58,333 bases of DNA from an uncultured Clostridia bacterium (GCA_946407675.1 CAMJPK010000001.1:1-58333), one strand, 5' to 3'. Counted from the stretch's first letter, positions 25,147 to 34,962 are shown. Notes: a model not told the origin generated them from the sequence alone. Translations and numbers: made by a program.

Positions 25147-26958
25147 TCAATTATCGTCGTCGATCTTCAAAACCGCGAGGAAGGCCTCGGTCGGCATCTG
25201 CACGCTGCCGAGCGAGCGCATGCGCTTCTTGCCCTCCTTCTGCTTTTCCAGCAGCTTCTTCTTGCGCGTGATGTCGCCGCCGTAGCACTTGGCGAGGACG
25301 TCCTTGCGCATGGCCTTGACGGTTTCGCGGGCGATGATCTTGCCGCCGATGGCGGCCTGCACCGGCACCTCAAAGAGCTGGCGCGGGATGTTGTCCTTGA
25401 GCTTTTCGCAGATTTTTCTCGCGCGCGCGTACGCCTTATCCTTGTGGACGATGAACGAAAGCGCGTCCACCTGCTCGCCGTTCAAGAGCAGGTCGACCTT
25501 CACCAGCTCGCTGGGGCGGTACTCCAAAAACTCATAATCGAGCGACGCGTAGCCCTTTGTGCGGGCCTTCAGCGTGTCGAAGAAGTCGTAGACGACCTCG
25601 CCGAGCGGCATGTGATAGTGCAGCTCGACGAGGTTTTTGTCGAGGTACTGCATATCCTGATACTCGCCGCGGCGGTCCTGGCAGATGGGCATGATGTTGC
25701 CGATGTAGTCCGGCGGGGAGATGATCGACGCCTTGACGTAGGGCTCCTGCGCCTCCCGGATGATGCCGGGGTCGGGGTAGTCGTGCGGGTTGTCGATGCG
25801 CACCATCGTGCCGTCGGTCTTTGTGATCTCATAGATGACGCTGGGCAGCGTCGTGATGAGGTCGAGGTTGAACTCGCGCTCCAAACGCTCCTGGATGATC
25901 TCCATGTGGAGCATGCCGAGGAAGCCGCAGCGGAAGCCGAAGCCGAGGGCGACGCTGGTCTCCGGCTCGTAGACGAGCGAGGCGTCGTTGAGCTGGAGCT
26001 TTTCCAGCGCGTCGCGCAGGTCCCCGAAGCGGCTGCCGTCCTCGGTGTAGATGCCGCAGTAGACCATCGGGCGCACCGGGCGGTAGCCGGGCAGCGGCTC
26101 GGCGGCGCTTCGCGCTGCCTCGGTCACCGTGTCGCCCACGCGGGTGTCCTTGACGTTCTTGATGCTGGCGGTGAAGCAGCCGACCTCGCCGGCGCGCAGG
26201 CAGCGGACGTTTTCGACCCCCTTTGGGCGCAGGTAGCCGCACTCGAGCACCTTGTAGTCCGTGCCCGTCGCCATCATGCGGACCTCCTGCCCGACGGACA
26301 GGCTGCCCTCCATGACGCGGACGTAGACGACGACGCCGAGATAGCTGTCGTACTGGCTGTCGAAGATGAGCGCGCGCAGCGGCGCGTCCGGATCGCCCGT
26401 CGGGGCGGGGATGTGTTGGACGATGTCCTCCAGCACGGCGGGGATGTTGATGCCCTGCTTGGCGGAGATCTCCGGCGCTTCGTCGCAGGGCAGGCCGATG
26501 ATGTCCTCGATCTCCTGCTTGACGCGCGCCGGGTCGGCGGCGGGCAGGTCGATCTTGTTGATGACCGGCAGGATCTCCAGATCGTGGTCCATCGCGAGAT
26601 AGGTGTTGGCCAGCGTCTGGGCCTCCACGCCCTGCGCCGCGTCCACGACGAGGACGGCGCCCTCGCAGGCGGCGAGGGAGCGGCTGACCTCATAGTTGAA
26701 GTCGACGTGGCCCGGCGTGTCGATCAGGTTCAGGGCGTAGACCTCGCCGTTTTCCGCGGTGTAGTCCAGCCGGACGGCGCGGGCCTTGATCGTGATGCCG
26801 CGCTCGCGCTCCAGCTCCATGTTGTCCAGGATCTGGTCCTCCATCTCCCGCGCGGGGATCGCCTTGCACAGCTCGATGAGACGGTCGGAGAGCGTGCTCT
26901 TGCCGTGGTCGATGTGGGCGATGATGGAGAAATTTCGGATGTGGTCGCGTTCGATCAT
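25147..26958 (-). CDS. lepA: Elongation factor 4 (translational GTPase LepA)
   Basis: [29 protein letters not shown], and the LepA-specific C-terminal domain; 603 aa. Confidence 0.97.
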   Translation of the reverse strand: MIERDHIRNFSIIAHIDHGKSTLSDRLIELCKAIPAREMEDQILDNMELERERGITIKARAVRLDYTAENGEVYALNLIDTPGHVDFNYEVSRSLAACEGAVLVVDAAQGVEAQTLANTYLAMDHDLEILPVINKIDLPAADPARVKQEIEDIIGLPCDEAPEISAKQGINIPAVLEDIVQHIPAPTGDPDAPLRALIFDSQYDSYLGVVVYVRVMEGSLSVGQEVRMMATGTDYKVLECGYLRPKGVENVRCLRAGEVGCFTASIKNVKDTRVGDTVTEAARSAAEPLPGYRPVRPMVYCGIYTEDGSRFGDLRDALEKLQLNDASLVYEPETSVALGFGFRCGFLGMLHMEIIQERLEREFNLDLITTLPSVIYEITKTDGTMVRIDNPHDYPDPGIIREAQEPYVKASIISPPDYIGNIMPICQDRRGEYQDMQYLDKNLVELHYHMPLGEVVYDFFDTLKARTKGYASLDYEFLEYRPSELVKVDLLLNGEQVDALSFIVHKDKAYARARKICEKLKDNIPRQLFEVPVQAAIGGKIIARETVKAMRKDVLAKCYGGDITRKKKLLEKQKEGKKRMRSLGSVQMPTEAFLAVLKIDDDN

Positions 26959-27266
26959 GGGTTCAGCTCCTCCCGCAGCTTGCCGCCGCGCTTCGCCAGC
27001 GCGTCAAGCTCCGCCGTCAGCTCGCCGAGCGCGGCGAGCGCGCCCTCCGCGCCGCCGGGCACGTCGGTGAGCCCCAGCAGATAGTCGGCGGACACGCCGT
27101 AATACCGGCAGGCCCGGCAGACGAAGTCCAGCCCCGGCTCACGGGCGCCGTTTTCGTAATGGCTCAGCAGCGCCTGTGAAATGTTCAGGTCCGCCGCCGC
27201 GTGCCGCTGGCTCAATCCTCGGCTGCGGCGCAGCGCGGACATGGTTTCGGAAAAGGTACGTGCCAT
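26955..27266 (-). CDS. XRE-family helix-turn-helix transcriptional regulator
   Basis: 103 aa. [30 protein letters not shown]. Its TGA overlaps the ATG of lepA (ATGA). Confidence 0.85.
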   Translation of the reverse strand: MARTFSETMSALRRSRGLSQRHAAADLNISQALLSHYENGAREPGLDFVCRACRYYGVSADYLLGLTDVPGGAEGALAALGELTAELDALAKRGGKLREELNP

Positions 27267-27338
27267 GGGGCGCCTCCGGAAATCTAGATAACAGTCTGTA
27301 TTATACCGGACGGGACAAGGGTTTGTAAAGGGGAAAGC

Positions 27339-27366
27339 TTGACTTTTCCGGGAGAAGTGATAAAGT
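27339..27366 (+). promoter_or_regulatory. Promoter candidate for pta
   Basis: TTGACT, 16 nt, TAAAGT with TGn extended -10 (gTGaTAAAGT). Confidence 0.5.
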
Positions 27367-27409
27367 GTTTGCGTCGCATTTTACATTATTGGAATGGGAG
27401 GCATCCGAA

Positions 27410-28423
27410 ATGTTCGATAAACTGATCGCAAAGCTCAAGGAGAGCAAAAAGACCATCGTCTTCACCGAGGGCACCGATGCGCGCATCCTCAGCGCCGCGT
27501 CCCGCCTGCTGGCGGACGACCTGATGGGCGTCATCCTCATCGGCCCGGAGGCCGACGTCAAGGCCGCGGCCGCGAAGGGCGGCTTTTGCATCGACGGCGC
27601 GAAGATCATCGACCCCGCCACCTATGCGGGCATGGACGGCATGGTTGAGAAGATGGTCGAGCTGCGCAAGGGCAAGATGACCGCCGAGGAGTGCCGCGCG
27701 GCGCTGATGAAGGGCAACTATTTCGGCACCATGCTGGTCAAGCAGGGCGTGGCCGACGCGCTTCTGGGCGGCGCGACCTACTCCACCGCCGACACTGTGC
27801 GCCCCGCGCTGCAGCTCGTCAAGACCAAGCCCGGCGCCCACCTCGTCTCCTCCTGCGTCATCCTCAACCGCGAGACCGGCGAGGAGCGCCTGCGCACGCT
27901 GTGCATGGGCGACATCGCCATCAACATCGAATACACCGACGACGTCGATAAGGACGGCAACGTGAAGTTCACCGCCGCGCAGAAGCTGGCGGAGGTCGGC
28001 GTCGAGAGCGCCCGCTGCGCCAAGATCTTCGGCATCGACCCGAAGGTCGCGTTCCTGAGCTTTTCCACGAAGGGCTCCGGCAAGGGCGGCACCGTCGCGC
28101 TGAGCGCCGAGGCCACGAAGATCGCCAAGGAGCTCGCGCCCGAGCTGAACATCGACGGCGAGATGCAGTTCGACGCCGCCGTCGCCCCCGAGGTCGGCCA
28201 GCTCAAGTTCCCCGGCAGCCCCGTGGCCGGCCAGGCGAACACCTTCATCTTCCCGCAGATCGAGTCCGGCAACATCGGCTATAAGATCGCGCAGCGCCTC
28301 GGCGGCTATGACGCCTACGGCCCGATCCTGCTCGGCCTGAACGCCCCGATCAATGACCTTTCCCGCGGCTGCAACGCCGACGAGGTCTACCACATGGCCA
28401 TCATCACCGTCGCGCTGGCATAA
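27410..28423 (+). CDS. pta: Phosphate acetyltransferase
   Basis: 337 aa. KTIVFTEGTDARIL, GGATYSTADTVRPALQ, SFSTKGS, ANTFIFPQIESGNIGYKIAQRLGG. RBS gggagg. Confidence 0.93.
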   Translation: MFDKLIAKLKESKKTIVFTEGTDARILSAASRLLADDLMGVILIGPEADVKAAAAKGGFCIDGAKIIDPATYAGMDGMVEKMVELRKGKMTAEECRAALMKGNYFGTMLVKQGVADALLGGATYSTADTVRPALQLVKTKPGAHLVSSCVILNRETGEERLRTLCMGDIAINIEYTDDVDKDGNVKFTAAQKLAEVGVESARCAKIFGIDPKVAFLSFSTKGSGKGGTVALSAEATKIAKELAPELNIDGEMQFDAAVAPEVGQLKFPGSPVAGQANTFIFPQIESGNIGYKIAQRLGGYDAYGPILLGLNAPINDLSRGCNADEVYHMAIITVALA

Positions 28424-28443
28424 ACAAATCAAATCGGCATCAG

Positions 28444-28477
28444 GCGCCCGTGCGCACGGCAGCGCACGGGCGCTTTT
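28444..28477 (+). terminator. Rho-independent terminator after pta
   Basis: 12-bp stem gcgcccgtgcgc / gcgcacgggcgc, 6-nt loop, TTTT. Confidence 0.85.
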
Positions 28478-28580
28478 CCGCAGCAAATATTCTCATACAC
28501 CACATGTCGCGGCTGTCCCCGGGCCGCGCCACTAAATGTGTAAGAAATGCATCAATTTTGTAAACATTTGCGGCCGCAGA

Positions 28581-28609
28581 TTGACATAACAACAAAAAAG
28601 CGTTACAAT
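28581..28609 (+). promoter_or_regulatory. Near-consensus sigma-A promoter
   Basis: TTGACA, exactly 17 nt, TACAAT; a second TACAAT follows at 28615-28620. Lies upstream of the 95-aa ORF. Confidence 0.7.
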
Positions 28610-28664
28610 TCGGTTACAATTATGTGCGATCCTGCGGACGAAACATGACAGGAGGGTTTGGGCA

Positions 28665-28952
28665 ATGGCAGAAAAGGCCGTGCTGACATACAAGGGACAC
28701 CCGCTGCGCCGGAAGGACAATCTGATCTATTTCGGCTCCATGGCGGACAAATACATCATCATGCTGCAGATCATGGAGACGAAGAAGGTCAAGGATCTTG
28801 ACGTCGCCTCCAAGGTCTCCGTCCAGCTGCAGCTGACCGATCCGGACATCAAGAGCCGTGACCGCGTCGTGAAAAAGACCGAGAAGGACAGTCTCTACAC
28901 CGCGATGGACGTCGCGTCCATCTGGCTTGAGCGCGCGCTCGCGCAGGGCTGA
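28665..28952 (+). CDS. Hypothetical 95-aa protein
   Basis: Strong RBS aggagg and a perfect sigma-A-type promoter at 28581-28609. Coding-type GC3 bias. No family recognised. Confidence 0.7.
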   Translation: MAEKAVLTYKGHPLRRKDNLIYFGSMADKYIIMLQIMETKKVKDLDVASKVSVQLQLTDPDIKSRDRVVKKTEKDSLYTAMDVASIWLERALAQG

Positions 28953-29010
28953 AACAGGGCGGAGGGGGCGATACGCTCCCGCGCCCGGAAACACGGGGAA
29001 ACAAACGGGT

Positions 29011-29898
29011 ATGAAACGCAAATGGATCCGGACGGCCGCGGCTGTGCTGCTTGCGGCGGTCCTGCTTACAACGCCGGGCGCGGCGCTCACCATCGGCGGC
29101 GCCACGGTGACGGGCAGCAGCGTGCGCCTGCGCACGAGCACGGACACGACGACCGACGCCAACGTCCTGCTGGAGATGCCGAAGGGCGCGTTCCTCCTTG
29201 TGGAGGCGCAGCTCGACGGCTGGTATCAGGTCGTCTATAACGGCGTGAAGGGCTACGTCTCCGCCGATTTCGCGGAATTTTCCGAGACCGCGGAGGGGAC
29301 GTATCAGTTCGCCGCCGCCACAAACGGCACCGACGTCAACCTGCGCGCCGCTGCCGGCACCGGCAGCGCCGTGATGAAGAATCTGAAGAAAACCGGCACC
29401 GCCGTGACCGTGACCGGCGTCAGCGGCCAGTGGCTGCGCGTGACGGACGAGAGCGGCAAGTCCGGCTACGTCCGCAGCGACCTTGTGCGCTATCAAAGCG
29501 CCGCGACCGGCTCCGCCGCGCAGACGGCGGGCGACGCGCTGGTGCAGACCGCGATGCTCTACAAGGGCTACGCCTACCGCTGGGGCGGCATGAGCCCCTC
29601 CACCGGCTTTGACTGCTCCGGCTTTGCCAACTATGTCTGCGCCCAGCACGACATCTCGCTCCACCGCGTGGCGCAGGACATCTACACGAGCGACGGCGCC
29701 GCCGTCAGCAAGGACGAGCTGCAGCCGGGCGACCTCGTGTTCTTCGGCTGGGGACCGTACAGCGTGTCGCATGTGGGCATCTACATCGGCGACGGGCAGA
29801 TGATCCACGCCAGCACCAGCTCCACCGGCGTCATCATCTCAGACCTGGACAGCAGCTACTACACCCGCAAATACGTCGGGGCGAAACGCGTCGTATAA
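29011..29898 (+). CDS. NlpC/P60 (C40) cell-wall peptidase with two SH3b domains
   Basis: Signal peptide MKRKWIRTAAAVLLAAVLL. Two SH3_3-like repeats (...GWYQVVYNGVKGYVSADF; ...GQWLRVTDESGKSGYVRSDL). Catalytic core YRWGG...GFDCSGF...SHVGIYIGDGQMIHAS. Confidence 0.92.
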   Translation: MKRKWIRTAAAVLLAAVLLTTPGAALTIGGATVTGSSVRLRTSTDTTTDANVLLEMPKGAFLLVEAQLDGWYQVVYNGVKGYVSADFAEFSETAEGTYQFAAATNGTDVNLRAAAGTGSAVMKNLKKTGTAVTVTGVSGQWLRVTDESGKSGYVRSDLVRYQSAATGSAAQTAGDALVQTAMLYKGYAYRWGGMSPSTGFDCSGFANYVCAQHDISLHRVAQDIYTSDGAAVSKDELQPGDLVFFGWGPYSVSHVGIYIGDGQMIHASTSSTGVIISDLDSSYYTRKYVGAKRVV

Positions 29899-29916
29899 AC
29901 AGAACAGATATAAGGA

Positions 29917-29945
29917 AACCGGGCCGATTTTCGGCCCGGTTTTTG
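29917..29945 (+). terminator. Rho-independent terminator after the NlpC/P60 gene
   Basis: 11-bp stem aaccgggccga / tcggcccggtt, loop ttt, TTTTT tail. Confidence 0.85.
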
Positions 29946-29992
29946 CGTGTGTATGTCAGCAAAGGCGGCAGAAGGAAAGCGCATCGGTCTTG

Positions 29993-30802
29993 TCACGCAA
30001 ACGAAACCATGACAGCGCCGTCCCGGAAGATGATCGTGATCGTCTCGCTGCCGTTGCCCGCGGTGAACATCTGCATGCCCATGACGTTCGTTTCCTGGGC
30101 GTCTCTGGCGTAGCCGGCGTCCCTGGCGGCCTGTACGATCGCCGCATACGCCTCGCTGCTCCGGTCCGGCAGGTTCAGCATGAACATGCCGTCCTCCTCC
30201 ATGGCCATGTCGCCGTCGCGCAGGCCGTCCGGCAGCAGGAAAGCGTATTTCTCCGGCAGCGCCGCGCCGGACGGCAGACCGGGCAGTTCTCCGATCTCCC
30301 CGTCGGGCGCATCAAACTCCGACCAGTCGAACGCCCCGGCCTCGTCCGGGCCTGGCGTCCAGTCGCCGGGGTCGTAATCATGCCATTCGCCGAGGTCGAA
30401 GACATAGTCGGCGTCGACCTCCGGGTCGGAATACGGCGCGGGGTCGCCGAACTCAAAGTCGCCGTCCGTCAGCGTCAGCACCGCTTCGTCCCAATTCTCC
30501 GGGTGAAGATACATATCCCAGATCTCCTCGGCAGAGTACATGGAGAGATCGGGCAGGCCGAATTCGTTCAGTCCGTCGGCATTTTGCGCCGCCTCGCCGG
30601 TGATCAGCGCGCCGCCGTCCGTCTCGGGCGGCTGCGCTTCGGCGGGGGCGGGCGTCTGCGCCGGCTGCTCCGCCGTTGCCGCGGGCGCCGGCGTCTGTGC
30701 CGGGGCGGGCGGCTGTGTCTGTGCCGGGGCGGGAGCGGAACCGCAGGCGCAGAGCGTCAGCAGCAGCGCCGCCGTCAAAAGCAGACCAAACAGCTTTTTC
30801 AT
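29993..30802 (-). CDS. Hypothetical lipoprotein with PAQ-rich linker and a very acidic/aromatic segment
   Basis: Lipoprotein signal MKKLFGLLLTAALLLTLCAC. Its ATG overlaps the TGA of the upstream 480-aa gene (ATGA at 30799-30802). No family recognised. Confidence 0.8.
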   Translation of the reverse strand: MKKLFGLLLTAALLLTLCACGSAPAPAQTQPPAPAQTPAPAATAEQPAQTPAPAEAQPPETDGGALITGEAAQNADGLNEFGLPDLSMYSAEEIWDMYLHPENWDEAVLTLTDGDFEFGDPAPYSDPEVDADYVFDLGEWHDYDPGDWTPGPDEAGAFDWSEFDAPDGEIGELPGLPSGAALPEKYAFLLPDGLRDGDMAMEEDGMFMLNLPDRSSEAYAAIVQAARDAGYARDAQETNVMGMQMFTAGNGSETITIIFRDGAVMVSFA

Positions 30803-32241
30803 GCTTCCTCCCCCTTCCAGCCCATGCGCAGGGTGATGCCGCCGGATTCCAGATCGCTGAAAATGTCGTGGTTGACCTTCAGCACGCCGCCGCTCGTGGT
30901 CTGGCTGTTGTCGATCGACCAGGTTTTCCCGTGCGCCCAACCGATGTAATCGGACGACATCAGATAGATCTGCGGGCTGAAGCCGTCCCAGATCTCGCCC
31001 GTCAGGTTCCAGATCGCGACGAACTGTCCCGCGCCGCCGCCCGGGAAGCTGTAACGCCCCTGCTGGTCCATGATCGGCAGGACGCCGTTCGGCACGACCC
31101 AGAGCGGATGCAGGCTCCAGAAGTCCTCCTTGGACTGGAAGAAGTCCCGGATCCCGACCTCGTCGATGAAGGCGCCCTTCGCGTAGCCCGCGACGTTGTC
31201 CGGGATGACAAAGCGCACCCGTTTGGCAAGGAGGTGTTTTTCCAGCTTGGAGGGCGTGCTCCAGCAGTCGTAGATGTTGTTTCCGACCGCGCGGGCTTTC
31301 TGGATCGCTTCCGGCAGAGGTCCCAGCTCGTTTGCCACCAGCGAGAGGAATTTCCCGTCGAACTTCGTCATGTCGTGGGTGATGTCGACCGCCATGACGC
31401 CGGAGTAGATGCCGCCGGGCTTCTCCGTGTCTTCCTCGATGCGCAGGTCGCACTTCAGCGTCCAGTTCTGCATGACCGGCGCGCCGAAGAGCGTGCGCTC
31501 CACCTTGCTCTTCCCGCTGGCGGTGAGGCGCCAGCTCGTGTTGTCCTTCTTGTCCGCCTCCTCCTTCAGCCGCTGGTTGCAGCGCTGATAGAAGGCGTCG
31601 AGGAGCGCGGCGGCGACGATGGCCTTCTGCTTGGCCTCTTCGTTCTGGATCGCCTTCAGCACCTCCTTCGCCATGGGCTTCACGGAGCCGGTCAGCGCGT
31701 TCACGATGAAGGCGCCGGCGGGGCCCATCGCGGCGTACTCGGCGAAGGCGGCGGCCCCCTGGGAGATCACCTTGTCTGTGAATTTGTCCATGAAAAACTG
31801 CGTGCCGGTCATCTGGCCGTCGGCGATGGCCTTTGCGGCAAAGGCGTCGCCCGCGCCCATGAGCTGGCCGATCATCTCGATCCAGAACTGGGGCTTGAAG
31901 GCGGGATCGAGCGCCTTCGCTCTGGCGATGTCCATCTCATAGAGCGCAAGCTTCGTCTCGTTCAGCCCGAAGCCCAGCATAGTGCTCTTGATGATGCCAT
32001 CCGCCTCCTTGTCCTCCAGGCGGTAGCCCTTTTTCAGCATCCCGTTGAAGGACTGGCTGCCGATCTCAAAGGTCACGCGGATATACTGCCGGGTGTCCTG
32101 CCGGATGCGGGTGTAATCCACACCCTTGAGCCGTCCGGTGGCGTTCAGGAAATCCTGAAAGCCGCTGTAGCCCCAGACGGGGACGGCGAGGGCGAACAGC
32201 AGCGTCAGCGCCAGCGCAAGGCACAGCAATCGTTTCTTCAT
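30799..32241 (-). CDS. Hypothetical secreted protein, 480 aa, no recognisable domain
   Basis: Signal peptide MKKRLLCLALALTLLFALAVPVWG. RBS aaggag lies inside the 15-nt gap after mobB. Coding-type codon bias throughout. Confidence 0.8.
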   Translation of the reverse strand: MKKRLLCLALALTLLFALAVPVWGYSGFQDFLNATGRLKGVDYTRIRQDTRQYIRVTFEIGSQSFNGMLKKGYRLEDKEADGIIKSTMLGFGLNETKLALYEMDIARAKALDPAFKPQFWIEMIGQLMGAGDAFAAKAIADGQMTGTQFFMDKFTDKVISQGAAAFAEYAAMGPAGAFIVNALTGSVKPMAKEVLKAIQNEEAKQKAIVAAALLDAFYQRCNQRLKEEADKKDNTSWRLTASGKSKVERTLFGAPVMQNWTLKCDLRIEEDTEKPGGIYSGVMAVDITHDMTKFDGKFLSLVANELGPLPEAIQKARAVGNNIYDCWSTPSKLEKHLLAKRVRFVIPDNVAGYAKGAFIDEVGIRDFFQSKEDFWSLHPLWVVPNGVLPIMDQQGRYSFPGGGAGQFVAIWNLTGEIWDGFSPQIYLMSSDYIGWAHGKTWSIDNSQTTSGGVLKVNHDIFSDLESGGITLRMGWKGEEA

Positions 32242-32256
32242 CCGTTCACGCTCCTT

Positions 32257-32754
32257 TCACGGTTGGTTATGAGGGGTAAGCATTTGCCGCGTCAGCCAGT
32301 CGGCCAGCGGCGCGGGATCGTCCAGCGGGAAGCAGGGGCGGCCCGCGGCGAGCATAGGTGCGTCGGTGACGACGGCGACACAGTCCGCAGGGGAGAGCTT
32401 CGGCGGCTTGCCCGTCGCGGCGCGGTGCAGCACGATCGCGTTGCCGGCCTCGGCGTGCCAGCCCTCGACGAGCACGATATCCGTCTCCGGCAAGCGCGCG
32501 AGCAGACCGGCGAGGGACGCGGGGCGGTATTCAAAAACGGCGCACTTTTCGCCGTCCGCGACGGCGACGACGTCGGCGCCCGCGCGGGCGAAGCGCCAGC
32601 TGTCCTTGCCCTCGCGGTCGGCGTCAAAGCGGTGGGCGTCGTGCTTGACGGCGGCGACGGAGACGCCGCGCGCCTTCAGCGCGGCGATCAGGCGCTCAAG
32701 ATAGGTGGTCTTTCCCGTGCCGGACCAGGCGATGAAGCTGTAGACCTTCGGCAT
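32257..32754 (-). CDS. mobB: Molybdopterin-guanine dinucleotide biosynthesis adapter protein MobB
   Basis: 165 aa. P-loop AWSGTGKTT, VAAVKHDAH, GKDSWR motifs. Confidence 0.88.
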   Translation of the reverse strand: MPKVYSFIAWSGTGKTTYLERLIAALKARGVSVAAVKHDAHRFDADREGKDSWRFARAGADVVAVADGEKCAVFEYRPASLAGLLARLPETDIVLVEGWHAEAGNAIVLHRAATGKPPKLSPADCVAVVTDAPMLAAGRPCFPLDDPAPLADWLTRQMLTPHNQP

Positions 32755-32882
32755 GGCGGTCCCTCCTTTCCGTATGAAAGAATCTTACCATTCCGGAAAA
32801 TCCCTGTCAAACCGAAAAAGCTCTTTTCAAACGCGGAGATATCCGATATAATACACTCAATGATAATCAGGAAGGGCGACGA

Positions 32883-33755
32883 ATGAACGAGATCGAAGTC
32901 AAGGCGTATGCCAAGCTGAACCTCTCGCTGGACGTGCTGGGGAAGCTGCCGAACGGCTACCATGAAATGAAAATGGTGATGCAGACCGCCTCGCTGTGCG
33001 ACGACGTTCACATCGCGCTGACCGACGATTCCGCCGTCACGGTGCGCAGCAACTTCGGCTTTTTGCCGCAGGACGGGAACAACATCGCCGCGAAGGCGGC
33101 GGCGGCGTTCTTCGCCGCGGCGGGGCTGCCGGGGCGCGGCGCGCGCATCACGCTGCGCAAGCGCATCCCCGTGGGCGCGGGGCTGGGCGGCGGCAGCGCG
33201 GACGCGGCCGCCGTGCTGCGCGCGCTCAACGCGCTGTGCGCCGCGGGCATGGACGCGCAGGCGTTGGAGACGCTGGGCGGGACGCTGGGCAGCGATGTGC
33301 CCTTCTGCGTCCGGGGCGGCACCGCGCTTGCCGTCGGGCGGGGTGAGATCCTGCAGCGCGCGCCGGAGATGCCCGCGTGCGGCATCGTGATCTGCAAGCC
33401 GCGCTTTTCCATCCGCACGCCGGAGCTCTTTGCGAAGATCGACGGCCGCCGCAGCCGCATCCACCCGGACACGGATGGGCTGCTGGACGCGATGGCCGCG
33501 GGCGACCTGGAGGGGCTGGCGCGGCGGATGTACAACGTCTTTGAGGACGTTCTGCCCCGCCGCTGCGGGGAGATCGGTGCGATCAAAAGCGCCCTGCTGG
33601 ACGCCGGCGCGCGCGGCGCGGTGATGAGCGGGACGGGCAGCGCGGTCTTCGGGCTGTTCCCGGACGCGGCCGCCGCCGAAGCCGCCGCCGCGACGCTGCG
33701 CGCGCGCTGGCGCGAGACCTTCGCGGCGCAGCCGGTGAGAGAGATCGAAATTTGA
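32883..33755 (+). CDS. ispE: 4-diphosphocytidyl-2-C-methyl-D-erythritol kinase
   Basis: KAYAKLNLSLDVLGKLPNGYHEM and GHMP kinase motif PVGAGLGGGSADAAAVL. Confidence 0.95.
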   Translation: MNEIEVKAYAKLNLSLDVLGKLPNGYHEMKMVMQTASLCDDVHIALTDDSAVTVRSNFGFLPQDGNNIAAKAAAAFFAAAGLPGRGARITLRKRIPVGAGLGGGSADAAAVLRALNALCAAGMDAQALETLGGTLGSDVPFCVRGGTALAVGRGEILQRAPEMPACGIVICKPRFSIRTPELFAKIDGRRSRIHPDTDGLLDAMAAGDLEGLARRMYNVFEDVLPRRCGEIGAIKSALLDAGARGAVMSGTGSAVFGLFPDAAAAEAAAATLRARWRETFAAQPVREIEI

Positions 33756-33767
33756 CGGAAAGAGAGA

Positions 33768-34514
33768 ATGCCTATGTTTATTGCATTTGACAGGATTGTG
33801 AACGTCCGCGACCTCGGCGGCATCCCCGCCGCGGACGGAAAGAAGGTCCGCCCGGGCCGCCTGCTGCGCGGCGCGGCGCTGGACAAGGCCAGCGACGCGG
33901 ACCTGGAGCGCCTGGAGAAGGAGTTCCGCCTGCGCCGCATCATCGACTTCCGCGACGGAAACGAGCGCGAAAAGTATCCCAACCGCGCCGTCCCCGGCGC
34001 GCAGGCGCACGCCTGCCCCGTGCTCCCGGAGCCGCCGAAGATGAAGCCGCCGACGATGGACGTCGTGCCGGACTTCGACGCGATCTTCCGCAGGGTCTAC
34101 GGCAACATCGGACGCAGCGAGGTCTCCGCTGCGGCCTACGCGGAGATGTTCCGGGTGCTGCTGGACTGCCCGGAGGGCGCGGTCTACTTCCACTGCGCGC
34201 AGGGCAAGGACCGCACCGGCATCGGCGCGATCCTGATCCTCACGGCGCTGGGCGCGGAGCTCGAGACGGCGAAGGAGGACTATTTCCTCTCCAACATCGG
34301 CCTGAAGGAAGCGGAGGCGGAGCCGATGAGCGTGGGCGTGCGCCCCTGGCCGCGGGAGGTCCTCGACAAGCTCTTCAACGTCTTCCCGGAGAATCTGAAC
34401 ATCTGGCTGGAGACCGTCAGGGAGACCTGGGGCGGGCTGGATGCCTACCTGCGCGGCCCCCTCGGCCTGACCGACGCCGACTTTGCGCGCCTGCGGGAGC
34501 TCTATCTGGAATAA
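33768..34514 (+). CDS. Protein-tyrosine phosphatase (Y_phosphatase3-like)
   Basis: CX5R active-site loop HCAQGKDRTG, N-terminal NVRDLGG. Confidence 0.88.
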   Translation: MPMFIAFDRIVNVRDLGGIPAADGKKVRPGRLLRGAALDKASDADLERLEKEFRLRRIIDFRDGNEREKYPNRAVPGAQAHACPVLPEPPKMKPPTMDVVPDFDAIFRRVYGNIGRSEVSAAAYAEMFRVLLDCPEGAVYFHCAQGKDRTGIGAILILTALGAELETAKEDYFLSNIGLKEAEAEPMSVGVRPWPREVLDKLFNVFPENLNIWLETVRETWGGLDAYLRGPLGLTDADFARLRELYLE

Positions 34515-34560
34515 TTTCCATCGAAACGGGGCAGACTTTCTCCAAAAAGGAGGAGTTTGC

Positions 34561-34860
34561 TTGCGTACGACCTTTCGCATCGCTGCGTGCGTCTGCCTGC
34601 TGGCTGCGGCTGTGACCATGGCGGCGCTCACGCTGGCGGATCTCACAAAGCCGAAGAAGGCGCCGGATGAGATGCTCTATCTCGGCGCATGGCAGGGCAC
34701 CGTCGCGGTGTTCGACCGCGGCGATCCCGCAACGCCGCGCAGCGTGACGGACATCGACCTGTCCACGCTGCGCGCCACGGACCGCGCCTTGATCGAGCGC
34801 GGCTATCCCGTCGGGGACGAATCCGAGCTTCTGGAGCTGCTGGAGGATCTCGGTTCGTAA
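34561..34860 (+). CDS. Small membrane-anchored protein, BofC C-terminal-domain-like
   Basis: TTG start with aggagg 8 nt upstream. TM anchor, then LYLGAWQGTVAVFDRGD...LIERGYPVGDESELLELLEDLGS, which resembles BofC_C-type proteins. The ORF-track ATG at 34483 would overlap the phosphatase gene and has no RBS. Confidence 0.6.
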   Translation: MRTTFRIAACVCLLAAAVTMAALTLADLTKPKKAPDEMLYLGAWQGTVAVFDRGDPATPRSVTDIDLSTLRATDRALIERGYPVGDESELLELLEDLGS

Positions 34861-34962
34861 AATTTCAGGGCGTGCTTTTGGCTGAAATTGCGATTGATTT
34901 CTCCGCCCACGTCGGATATACTATGACTGGACGGACGCCAAGAAAGACAGGAGGCGCAGCGC

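Noticed and set aside
34483-34560. ATG at 34483 as the start of the BofC-like gene.
   Set aside because: It would overlap the last 32 nt of the phosphatase gene, has no RBS, and adds a non-hydrophobic extension. TTG at 34561 has AGGAGG at optimal spacing and starts right at the TM anchor.
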